From Planctomycetota bacterium (GTDB lineage Bacteria; Planctomycetota; UBA1135; UBA2386), in assembly GCA_046290465.1 (NCBI GenBank), contig JBKAGP010000001.1, positions 2,624,001 to 2,688,000 of the forward strand: DNA of 64,000 nucleotides. Reading direction: 5' to 3'. The notes under the pieces were generated by a model. That model ran no database searches and had not been told where the DNA came from. It was given only the letters and a program-made list of their open reading frames with translations. Shown here one piece after another: positions 9,234-18,410 of this stretch. The stretch's first letter is position 1. Each line of letters starts with the position of its first letter. The position numbers and the translations under genes are program-made.

Positions 9234-10043
9234 ATGATCCGAGCCACCCTGCCGCTGCTCCTCGCCCTGGCCAGTTCGCTGCCGAGCCAACGCGAGCAGC
9301 CGATCCCGCGCAAGCCCACCGAGGTCGAACCGGGCAGCAAGGCCACCGCCGCCCCGGAACGCCCGCAGCGAACGTCCCGCCGCAAGGGCCTGCAGGTGCA
9401 GGTCGAGCACGGCCCCCGCTTCACGATCCCCGCCGAGTGGCTCGACTGGCACCGCGAACACGGCAACACGCTGGTCACGCGTCCGAGTCGCAAGCACCTC
9501 GACCCGAAGCAGGCTGGCGAGTGGGACCGGCAGTACGGCACCGTGCTCGACGCTGCGCTGCCGGTGCGCGACTGTGCGTTCGTCGGCGGTGGCGAGGCGT
9601 TCGGCAAGGACTCGGTGTCGTTCGGCGACCTGCAGATGCGCGTCTACCTGCTGAAGGCGACGCCGAAGGAGGTCGACGGCCTGCTCGACACCAAGGGCAG
9701 CGAGGCGCTGCGGCGGATGCTGCGCCCCCACCGCACCCCGCTGTGGCTGGAGGTCGAGGGACGGGGCGACGGCGACGCCAACGACGAACTGCCGCCGCTG
9801 GCGCGGTTCCAGCCGGCGCGCAAGCCCGGACAGAAGGGCCCGTGGCAACAGGCGAAATGGTCGTTCGACCTGTGGTTCTTCGACTATGGCGGCCGCGCCA
9901 ACATCGACGTGCGCACCCGCCGCAACGGCGAACACGTGGCGGTGTTCACGTTCTGCTATGCGTGGGAGAAGCAGCACGCCAAGGCCATCGAGGCGATCCT
10001 GAAGTCGGTGACGTGGCCGGCGCGGAAGGGAGACGGCAAGTAG
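9234..10043 (+). CDS. Exported hypothetical protein
   Basis: 3' part of ORF 8457..10043; ATG 9234 gives signal peptide MIRATLPLLLALASSLPS-Q; normal codon pattern. Confidence 0.7.
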   Translation: MIRATLPLLLALASSLPSQREQPIPRKPTEVEPGSKATAAPERPQRTSRRKGLQVQVEHGPRFTIPAEWLDWHREHGNTLVTRPSRKHLDPKQAGEWDRQYGTVLDAALPVRDCAFVGGGEAFGKDSVSFGDLQMRVYLLKATPKEVDGLLDTKGSEALRRMLRPHRTPLWLEVEGRGDGDANDELPPLARFQPARKPGQKGPWQQAKWSFDLWFFDYGGRANIDVRTRRNGEHVAVFTFCYAWEKQHAKAIEAILKSVTWPARKGDGK

Positions 10044-10104
10044 GGCCGGCGCGCGCGGCGGCCAGCCGGTATCCTGCCGGACCCCTCCCCAGCGCGAAGC
10101 ACCG

Positions 10105-11565
10105 ATGCCGAAGCCGTTCCCGTTGCTCCTCGTCGGCGCCGCCCTCGCCGGCGCCGCCGTCGCCCAAGAAGATACCCGCCGCCTCGAGATCGACTCGACG
10201 CTGACGCGCGACCTCGCGTCGTTCGCGCGCAGCGCCGCGTCGCAGAAGGCCTACACGCTGGCCCGCGAGGTGGCGCAGCTGGTGATCGACCACTACGACG
10301 CCGACAGCAACACCGCCCGCCGGGTGCTCGGCCAGCGCAAGGTGCGCGGCAGCTGGCAGTCGGACGGCAAGCCGCGGCCGGACGATGCGGTGCAGAGAAG
10401 GCGCGAACAGTCCCTGGAGCGCAAGTGGAAGCAGCTGCGGCAGAAGGCCGGCCAGATGCACAAGCACTACGCGCTGGCGCTGGTCGACGAGAACGCGCCG
10501 AAAGAGCAGCGCACCGCGGAGCTCGAGATGGCGCTGCGCTACTTGCCCAACGATGCGGCGCTGCACCGCGCGCTCGGCCACCAGGAGGTCAACGGCTTCT
10601 GGGGCACCGCCGAGGACGTGGCGTTCGTGTCGCGCATGCTGGCGATCCGCGACAAGGCGGACGAACTGAGCACGCTGCAGGTCGACGTCAAGGAGGTGCC
10701 GAACGGCGAGATGCCGATCGAGCTGAAGAACATGGGCATGCCGATGTTCGGCGCGCGCAGCGAGAACTACACCTACTGGACCAACGACGGCTTCGAGGCG
10801 TCGGCGCGGCTGTGCACCTGGTCGGAGCGCTGCCACGCGTTCTTGCAGCACCTGCTCGGACCGAAGAAGGACGCCGTGCGCGGCGCGGCGTGGAAGTGGC
10901 ACCTGGTGCTGCGCACGGCGGAGCAGCGCGACGCGCTGCTGCAGAAGAGCCCGACGACGCGCGGCCCGTTCACGTTCGAGCAGGCGCGGCTGTTCGCCGG
11001 CATCGGCTTCCGCTGCGAGGAAGGCGGCCGCGCTTCGGCGACCTGGCACGAGCAACCGCTCGACGCCGACCACGCCGTCGCCAACGTCACCAAGCGGCAC
11101 CTGCTGGACCAGCGCAACGAAGGCCTCGGCGAGGGCCTGACGCACGTGACCACGTGGCTGCTGTGCGGCTCGACCCACACCTACTTCGCCGACCTGCCGA
11201 AGACGGTGACCGCCGGCGAACTGATGCCGCGCGATCCCGACCGGTGGATCGAACGGCTGTGGGACGAGATCGACCAGGGCAAGGACATGCCGCTGGTGGT
11301 CGTGCCGCGCGAGCGCGCCGACAACTTCCGCGACAGCACCCGCCTGAAGACCTGGAGCTTCATGTGCTGGATGCTCGCGCGCCACCCGGACAAGTGGCTG
11401 CCGCTGATCGACGCCTGCGGCGCCCCGAAGATCACTCCCGAGGGCGTCGAAGCCGCCTTCCAGGACGTTCTCGGCCAGCCGCTCGGCGAGATCGAACAGC
11501 AGTGGCGCGCCTGGGCCCGCCGCGGCTCCAAGCTCGGCAAGGCCAGCCACTGGGGCCAGAAGTAG
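10105..11565 (+). CDS. Exported hypothetical protein, possibly degenerate gluzincin/peptidase MA-like
   Basis: Signal peptide ending AAVA-Q; GLGEGLTH and TWSFMCWML segments but no HExxH. Confidence 0.7.
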   Translation: MPKPFPLLLVGAALAGAAVAQEDTRRLEIDSTLTRDLASFARSAASQKAYTLAREVAQLVIDHYDADSNTARRVLGQRKVRGSWQSDGKPRPDDAVQRRREQSLERKWKQLRQKAGQMHKHYALALVDENAPKEQRTAELEMALRYLPNDAALHRALGHQEVNGFWGTAEDVAFVSRMLAIRDKADELSTLQVDVKEVPNGEMPIELKNMGMPMFGARSENYTYWTNDGFEASARLCTWSERCHAFLQHLLGPKKDAVRGAAWKWHLVLRTAEQRDALLQKSPTTRGPFTFEQARLFAGIGFRCEEGGRASATWHEQPLDADHAVANVTKRHLLDQRNEGLGEGLTHVTTWLLCGSTHTYFADLPKTVTAGELMPRDPDRWIERLWDEIDQGKDMPLVVVPRERADNFRDSTRLKTWSFMCWMLARHPDKWLPLIDACGAPKITPEGVEAAFQDVLGQPLGEIEQQWRAWARRGSKLGKASHWGQK

Positions 11566-11656
11566 CGGTACGTACGCGGTTCATCCTCCAACTTCCGCGA
11601 GCGCTCGCGCTCGCGGAAGTTGGAGGATGAACCGCGTAACGTACCGCTACTTCTGG
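11556..11656. repeat. REPIN/MITE-like palindromic element, copy 2
   Basis: ~48-bp inverted arms with one bulge (ccagaagtagcggtacgt...acgtaccgctacttctgg); contains the TAG stops of both convergent genes. Confidence 0.88.
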
Positions 11657-13056
11657 GGGCTCAGGCGGACCGTTCCCAGCCGGTCGTCCGGGTCGCAGAA
11701 GGCGCCGATCGTGGCGCACAGCTGCTGGACCAGTTCGTCGGTGTAGCGGTCGTAGAAGCGCTGGTTGTGCGGGCCGACGCCGTGCTCGGCGGAGTAGCTG
11801 CCGCCGAAGTCGCGCACCGCGAGCTCGTAGATCGCGTCCTGCAGCTCGGCCTTCAGCGCCTCGCCGTCGGCGACCTCGCCTTCGTGCCACAGCAGGTTGA
11901 GGTGGCTGCCGCCGTCACCCCAGTGGCCGTAGTCGCACAGCCGCACGAACGGATACGACTCCGCCAGCAGCGCGTGCACCCGATCGGTGAACGCCGGCAA
12001 CTCGGAGCGCGGCACGCTGACGTCGAACGCGACCATCTTGCCGTCGCTGCGCAGGCTCTCGCTGATGTGGTGGCGGATCTGCCAGAACTCGTCGTCGGCG
12101 CCGACCAGCACGTCGACGATCTGCTCCTCGGCGGCCTCGAGGTGCGCCGCGAGCCGCTCCTCGAGCACCTCCTCGAGGTGGATCGCGCCGGCGGGCAACG
12201 TCGTCGACAGCTCGACCAGCGCGGCGTAGGCCGGCAGTTCGTCGAACGGCCGGCGCAGGTTCGGCTGGTGACGGAAGACCGCGTCCATCGCCTTGGCCCC
12301 CATCACCTCGAACGCGCTGAGCACGTCGCCGAGGTCCTGCTCGACCGCGCGCAGCAGCGCCAGCACGGCGTCGCCGTCGCGGCAGCCGACCAGCGCGGTC
12401 GCCGTCTGCGTCGGCTTCGGCTCGACGCTCAGCACGGCGCGGGTGACGACGCCGAACACGCCGGTCGTGCCGACGAACAGCTGCTTGCTGTCGAGGCCGG
12501 TGTTGTTCTTGCGCAGGCGGTTGAGCTGCGTCACGACGCGGCCGTCGCCGAGCACGACCTCGACGCCGAGCAGGTTGCGGCGCACGTCCCCGTACTTGAG
12601 CAGCCGGGTGCCACCGGTGTTGGTCGCGACCATGCCGCCGACCTGCGGGTCGGCGCCGAGGTCGACCGGAAACCACAACCCGTGTTCGGCGAGCTTCTCG
12701 TTGAGCGCGCTCAGCAGCACGCCGCCGTCGCACAGCACCGTGCGGCCGTGCCGATCCAGTTCGATGGTCCGGTTGAGGCGCTCGAGGCTCATCACCACCA
12801 TCGACCCGCTCTGGTCCGGCGTCGACGCCGCGACCAGACCGGTGTTGGCGCCCTGCGGCACGACCCGCGCGCCGTGCTCGGCGCACAGCCGCAGCGTCGC
12901 GGCGACCTCGTCGGTGCTGGCCGGCCGCGCGATGCAGCGCGCGGTGCCGTTGCCGTAGCGCCAACCCTGCTCGTAGCGCACCCGGTCGTTGGCTTCGGTC
13001 AGCACGCCGCGCTCTCCCAGCGCGGCGACCAGGGCGGCCACCAGCGTGTCGGTCAT
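11647..13056 (-). CDS. FAD-linked oxidase, probable D-2-hydroxyglutarate dehydrogenase (GlcD/D2HGDH family)
   Basis: VPQGANTGL, GGMVATNTGG, KNNTG, GHWGDGGSH, SAEHGVG; ATGA overlap with upstream DUF1338 gene. Confidence 0.85.
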   Translation of the reverse strand: MTDTLVAALVAALGERGVLTEANDRVRYEQGWRYGNGTARCIARPASTDEVAATLRLCAEHGARVVPQGANTGLVAASTPDQSGSMVVMSLERLNRTIELDRHGRTVLCDGGVLLSALNEKLAEHGLWFPVDLGADPQVGGMVATNTGGTRLLKYGDVRRNLLGVEVVLGDGRVVTQLNRLRKNNTGLDSKQLFVGTTGVFGVVTRAVLSVEPKPTQTATALVGCRDGDAVLALLRAVEQDLGDVLSAFEVMGAKAMDAVFRHQPNLRRPFDELPAYAALVELSTTLPAGAIHLEEVLEERLAAHLEAAEEQIVDVLVGADDEFWQIRHHISESLRSDGKMVAFDVSVPRSELPAFTDRVHALLAESYPFVRLCDYGHWGDGGSHLNLLWHEGEVADGEALKAELQDAIYELAVRDFGGSYSAEHGVGPHNQRFYDRYTDELVQQLCATIGAFCDPDDRLGTVRLSPQK

Positions 13057-14093
13057 CCTTCGATCTTGCCCGCCGTCTCGACCGACTTCGACGTCATCTT
13101 GAAGATCGCCGTCGCGTTCGACGAATCGAAGCGCAGGTCGAGCACGCCGGGACGCTCCTCGTCGCGCGAGATGAACTCGTGGAACGAGCCCGGCACGCGC
13201 TCGCTGCGCAGCGCGCCGTCGTCGCCGACGAACAGGCGGTCGACCTCGGCGGCGCGGAACGCCGTCTGGCGGACGCGACCGCTCTTGCTGACCTCGACCT
13301 GCTCCTTCATCGGCCGCCCCAGCGCGCGCTGCTGGTCGGCGACCGCGGCGACGTCGGCGACGCGGTCGGTCGCGTGGTTGAAGGCGTTGCCCTCGGTCGC
13401 GATCCAGGCCATCTCCTTCGACTCGCGCAGCAGCGCCTGGTAGTCGGCCCAGGTCGGCTCCGGGTGCTGGCGATCGAAGCAGCCGACGAGGTTCGGCAGC
13501 AGGTGCGCGGCCTGCTCGAACGCCAGCTCGGCGCGCTGCTCGAGCTCGGCGAGCAGCGCCTTCGCCGACAGCGGCAGCGGATCGCGCGAGCTGCCGACGA
13601 CGCGCAGCACGGCGTGCTGGAACGTGTCGGTGAAGCACTCGGGGTGCAGTTCGCTGACGAAGAACTGGGCGATCTGCTCGGGCAGGTCGCGGTGCGCGAA
13701 CGCGCGACCGGTCATGCCGAGCCGCTCGAGCGGGTAGACGTCGCGGCACTCGAAGCCCAGCGGCTCGAGGATCCGGCGGAACGCCTCGAAGCCGCCCGGC
13801 AGGGCGCCGCAGTCGGCCGCGACCGTGCGCAGCGCGCCGTGGTCGAACACCAGCTTGCGGCCGCTGCGCACCGCGTCGCCGACGTAGGCCGCCGCCATCG
13901 GGACGCGACGGGTCACGTCCTCGAACAGCAGCATGTTGAGCGCCTGCGCCAGCTCGGCACGCGACACCGCCCCGGTGCGCGGCCGCAACAGCGAGCCGTC
14001 GATCTCCAGCGCCTCGAACAGGCGCACGGTGCGGACCGTGCCGACCACCCGGTCGAGCAGGGCCCAGAGAGCCGTCTCATGAAGGATTTGCAT
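13053..14093 (-). CDS. hglS: DUF1338 family 2-oxoadipate dioxygenase/decarboxylase (HglS/YdcJ-like)
   Basis: FDHGALRT, ATEGNAFNHATDRV, RQTAFRA, PGSFHEFISR, FDSSNATAIFKMT; start chosen at ATG 14093. Confidence 0.8.
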   Translation of the reverse strand: MQILHETALWALLDRVVGTVRTVRLFEALEIDGSLLRPRTGAVSRAELAQALNMLLFEDVTRRVPMAAAYVGDAVRSGRKLVFDHGALRTVAADCGALPGGFEAFRRILEPLGFECRDVYPLERLGMTGRAFAHRDLPEQIAQFFVSELHPECFTDTFQHAVLRVVGSSRDPLPLSAKALLAELEQRAELAFEQAAHLLPNLVGCFDRQHPEPTWADYQALLRESKEMAWIATEGNAFNHATDRVADVAAVADQQRALGRPMKEQVEVSKSGRVRQTAFRAAEVDRLFVGDDGALRSERVPGSFHEFISRDEERPGVLDLRFDSSNATAIFKMTSKSVETAGKIEG

Positions 14094-14210
14094 AAGAAAT
14101 ATAGGGCGGCCGCGGCCTGCCAACCGCGAACCGCCCCCGTCTCTGCCCAGGTAAGGTAGCTCCCTCATCGGCCGCGAACAGCGTTACATCCGTGACACTT
14201 CCGCATGACT

Positions 14211-14229
14211 TCATGCGCTAGGATCATGA
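14211..14229. promoter_or_regulatory. Candidate LysR recognition site (T-N11-A)
   Basis: TCATG-cgctaggat-CATGA inverted repeat immediately before the LysR start, in the divergent intergenic region. Confidence 0.55.
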
Positions 14230-14230
14230 C

Positions 14231-15145
14231 ATGAGCCGATCCCTCCCTGCCACCGGCGCCTTGCAGGCATTCGAGTCCGCCGCGTTCCACGGCAGCATCA
14301 CGACGGCGGCCAGGGAGCTGAGCCGCACCCAGAGCGCGCTCAGCCGGCAGATCCAGAGCCTCGAGCAGCACCTCGGGGTGGCGCTGTTCGAGCGCCGCCG
14401 CCAGCGCATCCACCTGACCGCGGCCGGCGCGCGCTACCTCGAGCACGTGCGCGCCGCGTTCGACCGGCTCGAGGCCGGCGAGCTGGAGCTGCGCGCGGCC
14501 GAACGCGGCGGCGGCGGGGTCTTGCGGCTCGGCATCCTGCCGACCTACGGAACGCGCTGGCTGATCCCGCGGCTGTCGTCGTTCGCGATGGAGCACCCGG
14601 CGATCCAGGTGCACTTCACGACCCGCATCACCGTGTTCGACTTCGCCAGCGAGGACCTCGACGCGGCGATCCACTATGGCGAAGGCCACTGGCCGGGCGC
14701 GGCCGTCGAGCCGCTGATGGACGAGGAGGTCATGGTCGTCTGCAGCACCGACTATCGCGAGGACCGCCAGCTGCGCGAGCCAGCCGACCTGCGCCGCGCG
14801 ACGCTGCTGCAGATCACCAGCCGCCCGCACGCGTTCGACGACTGGCTGCGCGCCAAGAACGTCACTGGCGTCGACGGCCGCCGCGGCCCGCGCTTCGAAC
14901 ACCACCAGATGGTGCTGCAGGCGGCGATCGCCGGTCTCGGCGTCGCGGTGCTGCCGGCGTTCGCGGTCGAAGAAGAGCTGGCGCGCGGCACGGTCGTCGA
15001 GGCGTGCCCACGGACCCGCGTGCGCACCGGCAAGGGCTACTGGCTGGCCTACCCGGAACGCCGCTCGACGCTGCCGGCGCTGCGCGCGTTCCGCGAGTGG
15101 CTGCTGCGCGAGCACGGACGGGCGCCCGAGACCGACAACGGCTAG
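14231..15145 (+). CDS. LysR-family transcriptional regulator (GcvA-like)
   Basis: AFESAAFHGSITTAARELSRTQSALSRQIQSLE HTH; LPTYGTRWLIPRL; divergent from hglS. Confidence 0.93.
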   Translation: MSRSLPATGALQAFESAAFHGSITTAARELSRTQSALSRQIQSLEQHLGVALFERRRQRIHLTAAGARYLEHVRAAFDRLEAGELELRAAERGGGGVLRLGILPTYGTRWLIPRLSSFAMEHPAIQVHFTTRITVFDFASEDLDAAIHYGEGHWPGAAVEPLMDEEVMVVCSTDYREDRQLREPADLRRATLLQITSRPHAFDDWLRAKNVTGVDGRRGPRFEHHQMVLQAAIAGLGVAVLPAFAVEEELARGTVVEACPRTRVRTGKGYWLAYPERRSTLPALRAFREWLLREHGRAPETDNG

Positions 15146-15158
15146 GCTGCCGGACCCG

Positions 15159-16739
15159 ATGCCCGATCGAACCCCGACGCCCGACGACGACGCCCAGCCG
15201 GACCGCCCCCGAACGGACGAGGGGCGGTGCGACGGGGAACATCGCGACGGGGACCATCACGACGGGGACCATCACGACGGCGACCTGCTCGAACGGCTCG
15301 AGCAGCTGGCGGCCGACCCCGACGCGATCCAGGCGCTGCCCGCGGACCTGAAGCGACGGCTGATGGCGGCCTGCGGCCGCGTCGTCAACGGCGACAAGCA
15401 CACCCGGCGCCAGCGCAAGCGCGCCGCCCGCAGCGAGGCCAACGTGGCGCGCAACGAGCGCCAACAGCAGGCCCTGCGCGCCGCCGCGATCCGGCGCGAT
15501 CGCAGCGAGAACAAGGTCCAGAGCGTGTTCCTGCCGCTGCACGCGCTGCCGAGCCGCGACCAGGCCGCCACGCGCGACGCGCTGCCGCGCAGCGGCGAAC
15601 TCGAAACGCGCCGCTTCTGCTACATCTGCAAGCAGGGTTACGAGGAGGTGCACTTCTTCTACGACTCGATGTGCGGCCGCTGCGGCGACTTCAACCACCG
15701 CAAGCGCACCGAGCTGTGCGACCTGCGCGGGCGCACCGCGCTGGTCACCGGTGGCCGCGTCAAGATCGGCCAGGAGATCGTTCGCAAGCTGCTGCGATGC
15801 GGCGCGCGCGTGCTGGTCACGACGCGGTTCGCGGCGGACGCGGCGCGTCGCTATGCCGAGCTGCCGGACTACGACGACTGGGCCGACCGGCTGCAGATCT
15901 TCGGCCTCGACCTGCGCCACACGCCGAGCGTCGAGCGGCTGTGCGCGCACCTGCTCGAGACCCAGGACCGCCTCGACTTCCTGGTCAACAACGCCTGCCA
16001 GACGGTGCGGCGGCCGGCGGCGTTCTACCGGCACCTGCTCGCGACGGAGCGACAGGCGCACACCGAGCTGACGGCGGCGGCGCGCGCGCTGCTCGGCGAG
16101 CCCGACCCGGAGCGCGCGCTGTCGACCGCGACCCAGACCGCATCGGCGGCGGAGATGTCGCAGTTCGTGGTGCTCGCCGAGGACGCCGAACACGACCCGG
16201 CGCTGTTTCCTGCGGGCACCTACGACGTCGACCGGCAGCAGGTCGACCTGCGCACGATCAACAGCTGGCGGTTGCGCATGCACCAGGTCTCGACGCCCGA
16301 ACTGCTCGAGGTGCAGCTGGTCAACGCGGTCGCGCCGTTCGTGCTGAACGCGCGCCTGAAGCCGCTGATGGAGCGGGTCGAGACGCGCGACAAGCACATC
16401 GTCAACGTGTCGGCGGTCGAGGGGCAGTTCCATCGAGGCACCAAGACCGACAAGCACCCGCACACCAACATGGCCAAGGCGGCGCTGAACATGATGACGC
16501 GCACGTCGGCGGCAGACTACGTCCGGTCGGGGATCCACATGAACAGCGTCGACACCGGTTGGGTGACCGACGAGGACCCGGCCGAACACGCGCTGCGCAA
16601 GGAACGAGAGGGCTTCCAGCCGCCGCTCGACATCGTCGACGGCGCGGCCCGCGTCTGCGATCCGATCATCACCGGGCAGCGAACCGGCGAGCACCTCTAC
16701 GGGCAGTTCCTGAAGGACTACGCGCCGACCGCGTGGTGA
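15159..16739 (+). CDS. Atypical SDR oxidoreductase with N-terminal Cys4 zinc-finger-like region
   Basis: CYICK...CGRCG, ALVTGGRVKIG, LVNNA, HTNMAKAAL, SVDTGWV. Confidence 0.85.
   Translation: MPDRTPTPDDDAQPDRPRTDEGRCDGEHRDGDHHDGDHHDGDLLERLEQLAADPDAIQALPADLKRRLMAACGRVVNGDKHTRRQRKRAARSEANVARNERQQQALRAAAIRRDRSENKVQSVFLPLHALPSRDQAATRDALPRSGELETRRFCYICKQGYEEVHFFYDSMCGRCGDFNHRKRTELCDLRGRTALVTGGRVKIGQEIVRKLLRCGARVLVTTRFAADAARRYAELPDYDDWADRLQIFGLDLRHTPSVERLCAHLLETQDRLDFLVNNACQTVRRPAAFYRHLLATERQAHTELTAAARALLGEPDPERALSTATQTASAAEMSQFVVLAEDAEHDPALFPAGTYDVDRQQVDLRTINSWRLRMHQVSTPELLEVQLVNAVAPFVLNARLKPLMERVETRDKHIVNVSAVEGQFHRGTKTDKHPHTNMAKAALNMMTRTSAADYVRSGIHMNSVDTGWVTDEDPAEHALRKEREGFQPPLDIVDGAARVCDPIITGQRTGEHLYGQFLKDYAPTAW
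15231..15285 (+). repeat. 15-bp tandem repeat x3.7 (DGDHH)
   Basis: gacggggaacatcgc, gacggggaccatcac x2, gacggcgacc. Confidence 0.75.
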
Positions 16740-16765
16740 GCCGATACCGTTCGTCCCCGCCCGCG

Positions 16766-18100
16766 ATGCGCATCACCCTCGTCGTCCACCAGTTCCCGCC
16801 GAACTACTTCACCGGCACCGAGCAGTACGCGCTCAACGTCGGCAGGGAGCTGCAGCGGCGCGGGCACGAGGTCGACGTGTTCTCGCTCGACCCGGCGTTC
16901 GGCGAGGCGACCGGCCCGTGGCGCGAGTCGATCGAGGACGTGCACGGCCTGCGGGTGCGCCGCATCAACTTCTGGATGCAGGTCGGCCGCGACTGGCGCC
17001 GCATGGAGTACCGGCACCCGTGGATGGCCGAGACGTTCGGCCGGCACCTGCGCGATCGCGGGACCGACGTCGTGCACAGCTTCCACCTGCGCCACGTCGG
17101 CGCCGACCTGATCGACCGCGTCGTCGAACAGCGGCGCGGTCTGATCGTGTCGTTGATGGACTTCTGGTTCCTGTGCCCGCGCGTGATCCTGATGAAGCCC
17201 GACGGCAGCACCTGCGACGGCCCGCCGGACGAGGGCCGGGGCTGCATCCCGTGCCATGCGCCGGGGCTCGCCAAGGAGCTGGCCGAGTCGCCGGTCGCCG
17301 CCGAGATCGACGCGCTGCACGTCGCCTCGCGCGGCGAGTCGAAGCCCGCGTGGGAGCTGCGTGCCAAGGCGGCATCGCTGCTCGAACGGCCGCACTACCT
17401 GCGCACCCGGCTGGCCAAGGCCGACACGATCGTCGCGCCGACCGCGTTCTTGCAGGACGTCTTCGTGCGCAACGGCGCGCCGGCCGAGCGCATGCGCCAC
17501 CTGCCCTACGGCGTCGACACCGGCGCGCTCGCCGACGAGGTCGCGAAGCTGCGGCCCGAGGCCCGTCCGCTGACGTTCGGCTTCTTCGGCAGCTACGCGC
17601 CGCACAAGGGGCCGCACGTGCTGGTCGACGCGATGGCGCGGGTCGACGGCGACTGCCGCGCCGTGCTGCGCGGCCGCAGCAGCGACTTCGTCGACTACTC
17701 GACGCCGCTCAAGGAGAACGCCGCACGGGACCCGCGGGTGACCGTCGGCGAGCCGTTCGCGCGTGAGGAGCTGGCCCGGGCGCTGGCCGGGATCGACGTG
17801 CTGGTGGTGCCGAGCACGTGGCACGAGAACGCGCCGTTCGTGGTGCTGGAGGCGCGCGCCGCCGGCCTGCCGGTGCTCGCGAGCCGCTTCGGCGGGCTCA
17901 CCGAGGTCGTGCGCGACGAGGTCGACGGCGAGCTGTTCGCGCCCGGCGACCATGTCGACCTGGCGCGACGGCTGCAGCGGCTGGTCGACGAGCCCGCGCG
18001 CCTGCAGCGCTACCGCGACGCGGTCGCGGCGCCGAAGACACTGCAGGCTGCCGTCGACGAGTTCGAGGCCCTCTACGGCGACGCGTGCCGTTCTCGCTGA
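16766..18100 (+). CDS. Glycosyltransferase family 4
   Basis: MRITLVVHQFPP..GTE, DFWFLCPR, HKG, PSTWHENAPFVVLEA; 3' part of ORF 15227..18100. Confidence 0.9.
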   Translation: MRITLVVHQFPPNYFTGTEQYALNVGRELQRRGHEVDVFSLDPAFGEATGPWRESIEDVHGLRVRRINFWMQVGRDWRRMEYRHPWMAETFGRHLRDRGTDVVHSFHLRHVGADLIDRVVEQRRGLIVSLMDFWFLCPRVILMKPDGSTCDGPPDEGRGCIPCHAPGLAKELAESPVAAEIDALHVASRGESKPAWELRAKAASLLERPHYLRTRLAKADTIVAPTAFLQDVFVRNGAPAERMRHLPYGVDTGALADEVAKLRPEARPLTFGFFGSYAPHKGPHVLVDAMARVDGDCRAVLRGRSSDFVDYSTPLKENAARDPRVTVGEPFAREELARALAGIDVLVVPSTWHENAPFVVLEARAAGLPVLASRFGGLTEVVRDEVDGELFAPGDHVDLARRLQRLVDEPARLQRYRDAVAAPKTLQAAVDEFEALYGDACRSR

Positions 18101-18119
18101 GCGTGGCTATGCTGCGAGG

Positions 18120-18356
18120 GTGACGAACGAGCCCACCGACCCGGTCGCCGCCGAGTTGCAGCGCCTGCGCGAGAGCATCGACGCGCTGACCGCGCGCGTC
18201 GGCGAACTCGCCGCCGAGAACCAGCGCCTGCACGCGCAGCTGGAAGCCAGCCAGACCGCGCGCACCGACCTGGTCGCCCAGACCGAGCACCTGATCTTCG
18301 AGCTCGACCGCGCCCGCAAGGAACTTCGCCAGCTCAAGCCCGACCAGCCCACCTGA
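18120..18356 (+). CDS. Small coiled-coil protein (78 aa)
   Basis: GTG 18120; heptads ELQRLRESIDALTARVGELAAENQRLHAQLE; fills intergenic gap. Confidence 0.65.
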   Translation: MTNEPTDPVAAELQRLRESIDALTARVGELAAENQRLHAQLEASQTARTDLVAQTEHLIFELDRARKELRQLKPDQPT

Positions 18357-18410
18357 CCCCCGCCGGACCACCCGGTCCGAAAGGTTGGCTCCGGGAGCAA
18401 GCCTTGCGGA

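Noticed and set aside
15227..16765. Long N-terminal extension of ORF 15227..18100
   Set aside because: Arg-rich alternative frame overlapping the SDR; GT4 motifs begin at ATG 16766.
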